Shown: positions 7,849 to 17,223, counted from the first letter of the stretch. The stretch is 60,270 bases of DNA from Verrucomicrobia bacterium UBA3761 (GCA_002371135.1 DFGB01000027.1:1-60270), one strand, 5' to 3'. Made by a program: numbers and translations. Notes: a model not told the origin generated them from the letters alone.

Positions 7849-8058
7849 GGGCTTCAGGGCAGGGCTGCCTACGTCAAGGCGTTTGACAAGCGTGGAATAC
7901 TGGCGGTATCCGACCGCGAGGGGAAGAACATCGAATTTGTGTTCAACGTCATCCCGAAGCGTGAGTTGAAGAAAAGGTTTGCTGGGACCGCCGCGAACGG
8001 CAACCCCAGCACCGCCGCGAATTATACCACAACTTCTTTCAGAAAGTCAAGGGGGTAA
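7849..8058 (+). other. Start-less coding-like extension in frame with 7528..7848
   Basis: 69 sense codons directly follow the TAG, in the same frame and with GC-rich third positions (GLQGRAAYVKAFDKRGILAVSDREGKNIEFVFNVIPKRELKKRF...). There is no ATG/GTG/TTG at its 5' end. Otherwise this is an unexplained 213-bp gap in a packed operon. Confidence 0.4.
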
Positions 8059-8061
8059 AAA

Positions 8062-9060
8062 ATGGCAAATAACGAAATGAAAGAGATAGCATACGGCGAG
8101 GCGGTCGCGCTCAACTGGACCCAAGCCGGGGACGGCGGCAGTTCCGTCAGGGTGCAGCTCTCGCCGATCGGCGAGTTCGAGCTGCGCGACGGCGGCAGGC
8201 GCAGCGGCACCGTGCAGCACTGCTCGAAGGCCGCGTTCGCCGCGCTCGTCGAAAACTGGCGCGCGGCGGGCTCGCCCGACGTGCTCGTCGACGTCGACCA
8301 CGCCTCCGCGCACGGCGGCAGCACCGAGGCCGCCGCGTGGTGCAATGCGCTCGAGGCCACCGACGAGGGGCTTTTCGGCGTCTTCAATCTCACCCCGCGC
8401 GGACGCGAGCTCGTCGAGAACCGCGCCTACCGCTTCGTGAGCCCGGGATGGACGCTCTCGGACGACGGCACGCCGCTCGCCCTCTGCTCGGTGGCGCTCA
8501 CCAACAGACCCAATCTCCCCGTGAAGCCGGTCGTCAACTCCGGCGACGCGGGCGGCCGGGATCCCGACGATCCCAACAACACGAAAGGAAATCCAGAAAT
8601 GGAAACATCAGAAATCGCGGCCGCCCTCGGACTACCGGAAACGGCCTCGAAGGAAGAAATCCTCGCCGCCGCCAAGGCGATGAAGGACCGCGAGGCGCAG
8701 GCAGCCGAAGAGGCCGCCAACGCCAAGGCGGAGCAGTTCGCCGAAGACGCGGTGAAGGCCGGCAAGATCGCCGCCAACGCCAAGGAGGCCGTCAAGGCCG
8801 CGTGGCGCAAGAGCCCGGAGGTCGCGCAGGAGATGCTCAACTCCCTCGCGACGCCCGCCGCTCCTGCGGCGAAGCTGCCGGACTTCAACGCCGGCAAGAA
8901 ACCCCAGGCGCTCAACGCCGTCGCGCCCGGCAAGGACGCGACGCCCGCCGAGGTGTACAACCACTACATGGCCATGCCCGAGGGCGCCGAGAAGGACGCC
9001 TACCTCGCGGCGAACGCCCAGGCCATCTCAAACGGCTACGAGGCCGTCAACAAGAAGTAA
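8062..9060 (+). CDS. Head maturation protease/scaffold (Mu gpI-like)
   Basis: VQLSPIGEFELRDGG...VDVDHASAHGG...AAAWCNALEATDEGLFGVFNLTPRGRELVENRAYRFVSPGW matches the Mu-like prophage I protein pattern. The C-terminal half is Ala/Lys/Glu-rich and scaffold-like. Confidence 0.8.
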   Translation: MANNEMKEIAYGEAVALNWTQAGDGGSSVRVQLSPIGEFELRDGGRRSGTVQHCSKAAFAALVENWRAAGSPDVLVDVDHASAHGGSTEAAAWCNALEATDEGLFGVFNLTPRGRELVENRAYRFVSPGWTLSDDGTPLALCSVALTNRPNLPVKPVVNSGDAGGRDPDDPNNTKGNPEMETSEIAAALGLPETASKEEILAAAKAMKDREAQAAEEAANAKAEQFAEDAVKAGKIAANAKEAVKAAWRKSPEVAQEMLNSLATPAAPAAKLPDFNAGKKPQALNAVAPGKDATPAEVYNHYMAMPEGAEKDAYLAANAQAISNGYEAVNKK

Positions 9061-9087
9061 TCCACCACAAAGGAAAGGCAACAGAAA

Positions 9088-9981
9088 ATGGCATCAACAT
9101 TCGCAGGCCACGAACTCTACTCCAAGAAGGCCCTGAAGGTCCTTCCGGCGCAGCTCGCGTTCCTCGGCGCGTTCTCCACCGACATCTCCGGCGAGGTCCT
9201 CGACGATGAGTCCAAGTCCGTCGACGTGCCGCTCGTCGAGATGGACGCGGCGGGCGCGTTCAACCGCTCGTCCAACAACTTCGCGCGCCCGGCCGGCACG
9301 CCCAAGTCCGCGAAGGTGACGTTCGGCGATCCGATCATCACGGGCTTCGCCGTCACGGCCGACCAGGCGAGCAAGATCAAGCGTCAGTTCTGGGAGGGCA
9401 AGGCCGAGCTCAACATGACGTCCGTCGCCGCCTCGGCCAGCGAGTCCGTCACCAATCTCGTCACCGGCACGAACTTCGCGAAGTCCGTCACCGGCGTGGG
9501 CGCGGCGACCGCGTTCACGAAGACCGGCGTCGCGAAGATCTGCGCGGCGGTCGAGAGCGCGACGAACAAGCTGCGCGTCAAGTTCTCGACGCTCGTCCTG
9601 AGCGGGGAGTACTTCTACTACCTGCTCGCGGGCCTTGACGCGGCGGTGTACGGCGGCACCGAGGCGATACGCGGCGGAGTGATTCCGGGGCTCTTCGGCT
9701 TCCGCAAGGTGATGACGCTCCCGGGTCTCACGATCCCCGGCTTCGTCTGCGAGCCGTCGTGCATCGCGTTCGCGTCGCGCGGCTTCCGCCCGGCGGACGA
9801 CAAGCCCTACAACACCGTGCGCGAGATCAAAGAGCCGGAAAGCGGCCTCACGCTCACGCTCGTCGAGTATCCCGACGGCCCGTCCGGCGACCTCTCCGAG
9901 AGCGTCACCACGCGCATCGGCGCGGCGGTGGGCGATTCCGGCGCGCTCGTCCGCCTCGTCTCCGGCAGCACCGATTCGTAA
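9088..9981 (+). CDS. Major capsid protein
   Basis: 297 aa, directly after the protease/scaffold, with AAGGAAAGG upstream. Size is similar to Mu gpT-type capsids. Confidence 0.7.
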   Translation: MASTFAGHELYSKKALKVLPAQLAFLGAFSTDISGEVLDDESKSVDVPLVEMDAAGAFNRSSNNFARPAGTPKSAKVTFGDPIITGFAVTADQASKIKRQFWEGKAELNMTSVAASASESVTNLVTGTNFAKSVTGVGAATAFTKTGVAKICAAVESATNKLRVKFSTLVLSGEYFYYLLAGLDAAVYGGTEAIRGGVIPGLFGFRKVMTLPGLTIPGFVCEPSCIAFASRGFRPADDKPYNTVREIKEPESGLTLTLVEYPDGPSGDLSESVTTRIGAAVGDSGALVRLVSGSTDS

Positions 9982-9998
9982 GCGAAGGGAACCGCGCC

Positions 9999-10445
9999 AT
10001 GGCCAACTGGAGAGAAGTCGACGAAAACGATCTTGCAGCGAGCCTTTCGCAGAGCGAGATCGACGCATTCCGCCAGGACGGTGCCCTCGACGGCTCCGAT
10101 CCCGTGGCGCGGCTCCTCGAGTCGACGGTCGCGCTCGTGCGCAACTACTGCAGCATGAACGGGTCCGTCAGGATGGGCCCGCCGGGGACGATCCCCTGCG
10201 GGCTCGTCATCCCCGCCATGGACTACGCCATGGCGAAGGTTCTGAACCGCCTTGCAGTGCCGCTCTCGGAGGACCGGCGCAGCGCGCTCCGCAAGGCGGA
10301 GGAGACGTTCGACAACATTGCCAAGGGCGTCATCACGCCGGAGAGCTATTCCGAAAGCGGCGAGATAGACGAGGACAAGCGCCCGGCGACGTCACCAATG
10401 GCTGACGACGGCCCGCGCCAGACCCTCGGCGGAGGACTTTGGTAA
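9999..10445 (+). CDS. Head-tail adaptor-like protein (gp36/DUF1320-like by pattern)
   Basis: ATG at 9999 is preferred over 9759, which overlaps the capsid gene. The charged N-terminal helix and size fit connector proteins. Confidence 0.5.
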   Translation: MANWREVDENDLAASLSQSEIDAFRQDGALDGSDPVARLLESTVALVRNYCSMNGSVRMGPPGTIPCGLVIPAMDYAMAKVLNRLAVPLSEDRRSALRKAEETFDNIAKGVITPESYSESGEIDEDKRPATSPMADDGPRQTLGGGLW

Positions 10446-10462
10446 AACTGGAGGGACTGTAA

Positions 10463-10957
10463 ATGAAAACGGTAATCACAGCACCATCGCAGACTGCAGA
10501 CGGCAGACTGGACCCGGTGACGGCTCACCAGTGGTCCTCGAAGACGCTCTATTTCGCCATCTCCGACGACGAGATCGAGCATCTCAATATCCGTATATAC
10601 CGCACGCCCGATCCCCAGACCGGCGCCGGGCGCGATCCGTATGTCGCCGCCGCCACCCTCCAGGCCGATGGCATCTGGAGATGCTACCTCACGCCGCTTG
10701 TTTTCAGCGATGTTTCAGCCGCTCTTAAATACGATTTAATCGGCATTGATAGCGAGGGTAACTCGCGCTATCTCGGCAGCGGCTCGCTCAGGGTGCTCGC
10801 GAGCGACCTCACCGCCGACGGGGCTCTCCCGGACGTAATCCCGCACGATACCTACATCTACAACCCAGTCACAGGCCTATATCACAAGCTCGTCGCCGAG
10901 GTCGATGCCGCCGGTATCATCACCACCGCCGTCGAGCAGCAAGGAGTATCCCGCTAA
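10463..10957 (+). CDS. Hypothetical virion protein (164 aa)
   Basis: Packed in the operon, with a TAATG overlap with the next gene. Confidence 0.55.
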   Translation: MKTVITAPSQTADGRLDPVTAHQWSSKTLYFAISDDEIEHLNIRIYRTPDPQTGAGRDPYVAAATLQADGIWRCYLTPLVFSDVSAALKYDLIGIDSEGNSRYLGSGSLRVLASDLTADGALPDVIPHDTYIYNPVTGLYHKLVAEVDAAGIITTAVEQQGVSR

Positions 10958-13431
10958 TGCGCCGCATTATCTTCATCGCCCTAGCCTCCCTCGCCCCTCT
11001 CGCCCATGCCGAGACGGTCAAAACCGCCTCGCAGCCCTGGACGACAAACGAGATCGCGCGCGCCGTCGCACCGCTCGCGACGACCAACGACCTCGCCGAC
11101 GCCACCAACGCAGTCGCACAGGCTGCGCGTGCGTATACCGACGAGGCCGCCACAAACAAGCAAGACCGCCTCCTGACCGTCCGGGAATCATGGCCCGGCG
11201 ACGACAAGCCCGAGGGCGACGCCATCCTCCGGCTTGGCCGCACCGGCGGTTATGCCGACCGTATTGAGGTCGAAGGCTCGCTCGAAGTCAACGGCGAAAG
11301 CGTAATGCGCGAAGGCGCCGAAATCTCCCTCCTCCAAAACGACGCCGGGTATCTCACCGCCCCCGCCACAAACGCTGCTGTGCGCGCTGCGAATAATTAT
11401 ACCGACGAGGCCGCGACGCTGACGCCGATATACTCCGACACGCCGACATTCAGCGAGTGGACATGCAAGGTCGATGGGCAGGTTGTCATCCCGGAGTCGA
11501 TCACGTACGACGAGGCCGGGGTGTGGACGTTTGACTTTGGTCCGGAGGACCGCCCTGTCCAGATTCTCGGCGACGAATACTCGACGGAATTGACGACATC
11601 GATTTTTGGTTCGACACTCACCGCCATCCGCACCCGCACGGATGACATTCTTGGCTACCAGCTCGGCTCGCAGACCGACAAGCCGCTACAACCGAAGGGA
11701 GACTATGCTAGCGTTGGTGACATCGCTGCCGCCTCATCCTCTGCGACAAACTACACGGACGCGGCCCGCATCGCCACCGTCGAATACATCGTCTCGCCCG
11801 AAACCGTCAGAGGCACCGTCTATACCGGCGTATCGCAGGACACGGAGCTGCGCGACGGCAAATTGATTCTCTATCGCCTCCAGGCGCAGCCTACAGCCGC
11901 ATGGACGCTCAACCTCACGCTTGCCGACGGCTCCACCACCGGCCCGCTATACACGTGGTTCACCCCGACCGCGCGCCTCACAACGCAATACATCGCCAAC
12001 GCCATCATCCCCCTCGTCTACCGCGACGGCGCCTGGTACGTCGCTGCCGACTACAACACGGACGCAAACAACTACGACCGCAACATCGTGACGTATTGCA
12101 CGGCGGCCGAGGCCATCCCCGCCAACGTCCTCGCCGTCGGCACCGATGATGGATACTACAAGCTCGCCGCTGGCCGCACTTTCGATTTAGACCGCCCCAT
12201 TCTCTATTGCAATGGCGCCCAGACCGCCGGGAAGACCAACGGAAACAACTGGTATTCCAATTACAACGGCGTCAACCTCGCCACCACCCTCGCGGGCTGG
12301 GCGGGCGACGCGACGACGCGCGGCATGCCGGTGTATCTGCTAGGCTCCGTCGACTACTCCGCCCGTACGTTCACCATCGACGCCCAGACGCCATTCTCGC
12401 TCGCGCCGCGCATGCCATGCTATTGCCTCGGCTGGTACAACGCCAACGCAAATTCCAGCTTCTGCTTCCTGCCATCGCCGCTCATCGATGATTGCGTCCG
12501 CGCCGAGACCGACCCCGTATGGGTTGCCGAGAAATCGCAGTACGCCACCACCAACGACCTCTCGGTCTCGCAGCGCGTCGTGCTCGCTTTGACGCAGGGC
12601 ACCAACGTGCTCGCCGTAATCACCAACTACAACTCGCAGGTCAATCTGCCGGAGCTCTCCCTCAAATACCTCGACGGCGACAACGGCTACATCGAGGTAT
12701 GGCGCGAGGGGCGCCGCATCGACGCCGCCACAAACGCCCTCCACCAGATAGAGGCCGCAGCGCTCGCTACGGGCCTTGCGACCAAGGCGGATGCTGCATG
12801 GAGCCGCACGACATCGGGCTTGGGTCAAGAGGCGCCGTTGAATACGACGTGGATATCCACGGCAACGACCGTCATCGCGGGCGGATATGAGTATGCCAAG
12901 ACCGTGACGTCCAACGGCGCGGTGTGGCTCCTCGCGTCAAACGGCATGGACCTCGGGTTCGCGCAGGGCTCGACCAATGCGTTCCTTTCGATCTCCGCAG
13001 TCGACGGCACGCCGATTTTTTCGGTCGAAAAAACCGATAGCGTCCTCGTCGGCGTCAACCCGTCCGGGATTTCGACCGTCGGCTCGGCGTGCGTGGTATC
13101 GTTGCCGGTTGTGGCGCCGTCGCACCCGTTCGCCCGCGTCGCGACGAACCTCGTGAACGCCGTATGGCACAAGGAGACCGGCGACGGAATGCCGGCAGGC
13201 TCTCCGGCGACCGTCTCGTGGAGCGGCTCTTCCGGCGCGTATGTCGCCACCGTCGATTTTGGCACGTCGCCGCAAGGATTCTGCTATTTCGAGTATCTGC
13301 AGGAGGGCATGACTAAAATCGTCAACGCCGGCGCGATGGACCTTTCCGGCGGCATTTATTACGACGGGCATCTTTACTCCCCGACCGTTTCTGGCACGCA
13401 ATTGATCTTCGAAAGGGTCCGCAATGATTAA
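10957..13431 (+). CDS. Fibre-like large virion protein with N-terminal signal-like sequence
   Basis: 824 aa. N-terminus is MRRIIFIALASLAPLAHAE. A (N/A)YTDEAAT motif is repeated. The composition is Thr/Ala/Asn-rich and fibre-like. Confidence 0.55.
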   Translation: MRRIIFIALASLAPLAHAETVKTASQPWTTNEIARAVAPLATTNDLADATNAVAQAARAYTDEAATNKQDRLLTVRESWPGDDKPEGDAILRLGRTGGYADRIEVEGSLEVNGESVMREGAEISLLQNDAGYLTAPATNAAVRAANNYTDEAATLTPIYSDTPTFSEWTCKVDGQVVIPESITYDEAGVWTFDFGPEDRPVQILGDEYSTELTTSIFGSTLTAIRTRTDDILGYQLGSQTDKPLQPKGDYASVGDIAAASSSATNYTDAARIATVEYIVSPETVRGTVYTGVSQDTELRDGKLILYRLQAQPTAAWTLNLTLADGSTTGPLYTWFTPTARLTTQYIANAIIPLVYRDGAWYVAADYNTDANNYDRNIVTYCTAAEAIPANVLAVGTDDGYYKLAAGRTFDLDRPILYCNGAQTAGKTNGNNWYSNYNGVNLATTLAGWAGDATTRGMPVYLLGSVDYSARTFTIDAQTPFSLAPRMPCYCLGWYNANANSSFCFLPSPLIDDCVRAETDPVWVAEKSQYATTNDLSVSQRVVLALTQGTNVLAVITNYNSQVNLPELSLKYLDGDNGYIEVWREGRRIDAATNALHQIEAAALATGLATKADAAWSRTTSGLGQEAPLNTTWISTATTVIAGGYEYAKTVTSNGAVWLLASNGMDLGFAQGSTNAFLSISAVDGTPIFSVEKTDSVLVGVNPSGISTVGSACVVSLPVVAPSHPFARVATNLVNAVWHKETGDGMPAGSPATVSWSGSSGAYVATVDFGTSPQGFCYFEYLQEGMTKIVNAGAMDLSGGIYYDGHLYSPTVSGTQLIFERVRND

Positions 13432-13888
13432 GAAAATAAAAGGTTTGCCGGGGCTTGCTGTATTCGCACTTGCGATGCTGATTTTCGCGGGCGCGAAAGG
13501 CAAGATATATTTTTACGTCGACGTGATGCTCCGCAATATCGGCTGCGCCGTCGAGGGCGACACCGTCACAATCGACATCGGCAAATCATCGCAGGCAGAG
13601 TCGATCGACCTCTCGACCTCGCCGATCCTGATTTACCGCCGGCCCTATGGCAGCGAGGATGCTGCGAGCGCGGTGCTCCTGGACGATGCGCACTATCTGC
13701 AGGACTTCCCCCGCGCCTACACCGTCGACAATGCGACTAATTACTCGTACTTGATCTACTGCGACTACACGCCCCCGCCGTCCGTGCATACGAATGGCGT
13801 ATGGCAAGCCCGGATGATCGAGGTATCCACAAACGACGTTTCAACCACCCTTGCAATGCCCCTTTCAACGTTCAAAACGGAGGACTGA
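13424..13888 (+). CDS. Hypothetical membrane-anchored or secreted protein
   Basis: N-terminal hydrophobic segment GLPGLAVFALAMLIFAGA. Overlaps the upstream gene by 8 nt. Confidence 0.5.
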   Translation: MIKKIKGLPGLAVFALAMLIFAGAKGKIYFYVDVMLRNIGCAVEGDTVTIDIGKSSQAESIDLSTSPILIYRRPYGSEDAASAVLLDDAHYLQDFPRAYTVDNATNYSYLIYCDYTPPPSVHTNGVWQARMIEVSTNDVSTTLAMPLSTFKTED

Positions 13889-13890
13889 AA

Positions 13891-14415
13891 ATGCGTAAAA
13901 TGTTTGTCGTACTCATCCTTGCCACCTGTTGCTGCCGTGCTGCAAGTGCGGCGGCCGCTCTCTGGGATAAAGACACGGCGCCGCAAATCGAAGAGCTGCA
14001 AGCGCTTGTCGCCGACCTTGCGCTCAAGTACGACGCGCTCACCAACGCCGTGCGCTACATCGAGGGCAAATGCGAGACGGACCGTGGCTGGCGCAAGGCG
14101 TATCATGGGCCGGTCGAGGGATCTGCGGTGCTCACTAACGAGTTTGGCATAGTCTACAAGGTTGAGATACACCGCGACGGGTTTGTATATGCCGACTACT
14201 CCTCGACGGTCAAGTCGGTGCAAGACCCGGAGGCAAAGGCCAAATCAGAGGCCGCGCAAAAGGCGCTCATCGAGGCAAAGCGGGAAGAGTTGCTCCAGGC
14301 GATGGAGCGCGCCAAGCTCCCGGCCCGCGTCGCCGAGATCATGGCCGCACGGCGGGCCGCCCTGAAGCCAGTCGAGAAAACCGTCATCATCGACGCGACA
14401 ACGGAAAAGAAATGA
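13891..14415 (+). CDS. Hypothetical secreted protein
   Basis: ATG at 13891 follows GGAGGA. Signal-like N-terminus MRKMFVVLILATCCCRAASAAAA. The ORF-track start at 13801 overlaps the previous gene. Confidence 0.5.
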   Translation: MRKMFVVLILATCCCRAASAAAALWDKDTAPQIEELQALVADLALKYDALTNAVRYIEGKCETDRGWRKAYHGPVEGSAVLTNEFGIVYKVEIHRDGFVYADYSSTVKSVQDPEAKAKSEAAQKALIEAKREELLQAMERAKLPARVAEIMAARRAALKPVEKTVIIDATTEKK

Positions 14416-14951
14416 AGTTCACATTGCGATTGATGACGCCCCCAAGCGACGTGATCCCCTCCGCGAAAACATGTGCGGAGGCGGCGGGCCGCGGCGTCTC
14501 GAACGCAATCAAACGCCATTTGGCCGATCGCGACGCGAACGGCGCTCCACGCGACGACGGCATGCCGCGCACCGGCTACTGGGGCGACGCCGCAAATAGC
14601 GTGACCGTCTCGATGGACGGCGATACCGCTATCGTTTCCGTCGACAAGGAGGGCGCGGCGCTCCATTACTACGGCGGCGTCGTCTATCCCACCGGCGGCC
14701 GCAAGGCGCTCGCGATCCCCAAGCTCCCCTCGACGGCCGGCCGCCGTCCCGCCGAAATCGACCCCATGCGCACGCGCTTTGCGCTCGTATGGCCAAAGGG
14801 GCATACCGCCGGTACGCTGCGCGACCGCAAGACCGACGCCGTCGCCTATTTGCTCGTCGCCAAAGCCCCCATCAAAGCCGACAAGACCGTCCTTCCTACC
14901 GAAGACGAGATGCGCCAAGCCGGCATCGCCGCCATGGAGAGCATACTATGA
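14412..14951 (+). CDS. Virion morphogenesis protein (Mu gpG / Phage_tail_S-like)
   Basis: 179 aa. The block EGAALHYYGGVVYPTGGRKALAIP resembles the conserved YA..H.fGG...iP block of that family. Confidence 0.5.
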   Translation: MKFTLRLMTPPSDVIPSAKTCAEAAGRGVSNAIKRHLADRDANGAPRDDGMPRTGYWGDAANSVTVSMDGDTAIVSVDKEGAALHYYGGVVYPTGGRKALAIPKLPSTAGRRPAEIDPMRTRFALVWPKGHTAGTLRDRKTDAVAYLLVAKAPIKADKTVLPTEDEMRQAGIAAMESIL

Positions 14952-16261
14952 CCGCAAGCGAGAAGATATTGCAGAAAGCCCTCGTCGGCAGCGGATCCAA
15001 CATGGACTCCGCAGCCTGGGCAAACCACGTCCAGGCAAATCTGAAGGACCGGGCGTTTTTCTCCGCGTGCGTCGCCGAACAAAACCTCCTCGATGCCGCA
15101 AAGCGCCTCAGCGCGGAATATGCGGCCGGCGGCACCGACCTCTCCAAGCTGCGCATGGAATGGCGCGACTACCTCACGCATTCCGGCTACAAACCGCCGA
15201 AGGGCATGGCGGAGACGATAAAAGATCTTTATTCGCAATCCCGCATCGACACCATCATCAAGACGAACGTCGCCCAGGCGCGAGGCTTCATCCAATATGC
15301 GGAAGGCACGACGCCGGGCGCGTTTGCCGCGTTCCCGGCGCAGGAGTTTGCCAGGATCCGCCATTCGCTCCACCCGCGCAAAGACTGGCCGCAGCGCTGG
15401 CACAAGGCTGGAGGCAAAATCTACGCCGGCCGCATGATAGCCCTCAAGAACGACGCCGTATGGGGTAATCTCGGCAAGCTCGGTCCGTTCGGCAATCCCT
15501 TCCCGCCCTTCGATTGGGGCAGCGGAATGGGCGTACTCGATGTCGACCGCAAAACCGCCATCGAACTGGGCCTGATCACGGAAGACGCTCTGCGAGCAAG
15601 AGTGGACAAGCTCCGCAAGCGCGAAGAGGCTGGAGACCTCCCAAGCATGAACGGCCACCTCGCTGCCAAAATCCCGTACAAACAAAGTACATACCAGGAT
15701 CTGAAGTCGCGACTGGGGGATTTTGTGAAGATCGACAAAGAGCGCGGCGAGATCGTCTGGAGACAAGACTGGACAAAGGATTTCATCGAGCACAAGGGAA
15801 AAAAGGGTTTCTATTTCGACGCCGGAGCTCCCACGCAGGCGCTCCGGAAGGTGCTGGAACGCGACATCGACCCGGCTCACGCCAAGATGCTGGCAAAGGG
15901 CAACCTCCGCATCAACGACTCCTGGCTGAACGACGAAGAAGACAAGCACGATGTACAGCCCGGCCACGGCCGCAAGCATTTCGGCCGAAACGAAACAAAG
16001 CTCGATACAAACATCCCGATGACGAACGCCGACTTCGAACTGCTGCCGTCGCTCTGGCGAACGCCCAATCGCGCGATGTGCAGCGATGAGGTGAATACAA
16101 CGGTATTCCTCGAGCTGGACTTGTTCGATGGAAACGTGCTGCACGCCCGCATAGACCTATCCCATCTCCCCCGGCTCAAGTCTTTTTTCAAACGGAAAAC
16201 ATCCTACATCCTCGCAGAAAAAGCAAAAGGGCTGACAGCGGGTGGCCCCCCGACCGCGTAG
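14948..16261 (+). CDS. MuF / SPP1 gp7-family head protein with ~180-aa C-terminal extension (candidate toxin/effector domain)
   Basis: ATG at 14948 overlaps the upstream stop (ATGA). MuF-like blocks TNVAQARGF and FARIRHSLHPRKDWPQRWHKAGG. The C-terminal His-rich block is HDVQPGHGRKHFGRNE. Confidence 0.75.
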   Translation: MTASEKILQKALVGSGSNMDSAAWANHVQANLKDRAFFSACVAEQNLLDAAKRLSAEYAAGGTDLSKLRMEWRDYLTHSGYKPPKGMAETIKDLYSQSRIDTIIKTNVAQARGFIQYAEGTTPGAFAAFPAQEFARIRHSLHPRKDWPQRWHKAGGKIYAGRMIALKNDAVWGNLGKLGPFGNPFPPFDWGSGMGVLDVDRKTAIELGLITEDALRARVDKLRKREEAGDLPSMNGHLAAKIPYKQSTYQDLKSRLGDFVKIDKERGEIVWRQDWTKDFIEHKGKKGFYFDAGAPTQALRKVLERDIDPAHAKMLAKGNLRINDSWLNDEEDKHDVQPGHGRKHFGRNETKLDTNIPMTNADFELLPSLWRTPNRAMCSDEVNTTVFLELDLFDGNVLHARIDLSHLPRLKSFFKRKTSYILAEKAKGLTAGGPPTA

Positions 16262-16357
16262 CCGCGCGTAACTTCGCATTCCAGCGAATATCTGGGACAC
16301 ACCTTGACAACCCGCCGCAAGTATACCACAAACCCCTTTGGAAAGTCAACCGCAAAA

Positions 16358-16777
16358 ATGAAAATAAAAGATCTTCAACAGAACGTTGCAAACGCCTTGA
16401 ACGGCTTTGAAGAGCTCGTTAAAGGCGGGTGCAAGGCCTTTGCAGAGGATACGCGCACTGTCTACAGCGAGTCGGAGCCGTGGACCCAGCAAGGCGACAT
16501 CGCCCTCGTCGTCGTCACTCCGGATATGCAGCGTAATGGCAACTGTGCCGACGGCATCCCGGCCGAGACCGAACTCCAGATACAGTGCAGCGAAAAGCCC
16601 GCCGTCTCGCGCGTGAAATCCGGCACCATCACGGCACTCGATGCTGCCGAGCTCGTTATGCACGCGCTCGATGGCGGCCAGTTCTGCTGGCTCTCGACAC
16701 GCCAATCGTTCGACCTCAAGACCGCCACGCTTACAGCAACCGTCACCTTCGAGACCTCGATAATCCTATCTCGATAA
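16358..16777 (+). CDS. Putative tail-completion or terminator protein
   Basis: 139 aa from the ATG at 16358 (alternative TTG at 16304). It lies directly before the tail tube gene. Confidence 0.45.
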   Translation: MKIKDLQQNVANALNGFEELVKGGCKAFAEDTRTVYSESEPWTQQGDIALVVVTPDMQRNGNCADGIPAETELQIQCSEKPAVSRVKSGTITALDAAELVMHALDGGQFCWLSTRQSFDLKTATLTATVTFETSIILSR

Positions 16778-16803
16778 TCCTATAAAAAGAAAGGAAAAAC
16801 ACC

Positions 16804-17205
16804 ATGGCAGAACAACCAGCAGAGCAATATGGCATTTCTACGACCCTCTCGGGCTACGTCATCGAATCGGAGAACATCAAACACATCCCGCAGCGCGAGC
16901 AGGTGCGAAACCAGAAAAACGCAGTCACGGCGGAAATCGAGTACGACATCCGCCACGAGCTTCGCCTCACGGTGCGCGGCGCGAATGAGCCTGCAGCGAC
17001 TACGATCGATTACGACGGCCAGACGTGGATCGTCGACGACGTGGAGAAGGCTGGGTCCTACAACGGGCTCAGGCGCTACAACGTGACGGCTCACCGCACC
17101 ACCCTCTGCAACTCCGTGACGACGCTGGAGTCCGTGACGACTCCTGCGTCCGTGACGACGCAGGAGTCCGTGACGACGCAGGAGTCCGTGACGACGCAGG
17201 GGTAA
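16804..17205 (+). CDS. Putative major tail (tube) protein with C-terminal SVTT(Q/L/P)(E/A) repeats
   Basis: 133 aa, located before the chaperone and tape measure. Five 18-bp tandem repeats at 17113-17202. Confidence 0.55.
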   Translation: MAEQPAEQYGISTTLSGYVIESENIKHIPQREQVRNQKNAVTAEIEYDIRHELRLTVRGANEPAATTIDYDGQTWIVDDVEKAGSYNGLRRYNVTAHRTTLCNSVTTLESVTTPASVTTQESVTTQESVTTQG

Positions 17206-17223
17206 GAGAGGGGAGAGGAAACC

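Noticed and set aside
10957-13431. Diversity-generating retroelement targeting the fibre-like gene
   Set aside because: There is no reverse transcriptase ORF in the window. I saw no template/variable repeat pair with adenine-specific differences.
3845-16144. Long minus-strand ORFs inside the phage late operon (3845..4966, 4626..5765, 5963..7297, 9094..10068, 14846..16144)
   Set aside because: All are antisense to recognisable phage genes (terminase, portal, capsid, MuF). They have Arg-rich, repetitive translations and no SD sequences. They are GC-driven open frames.
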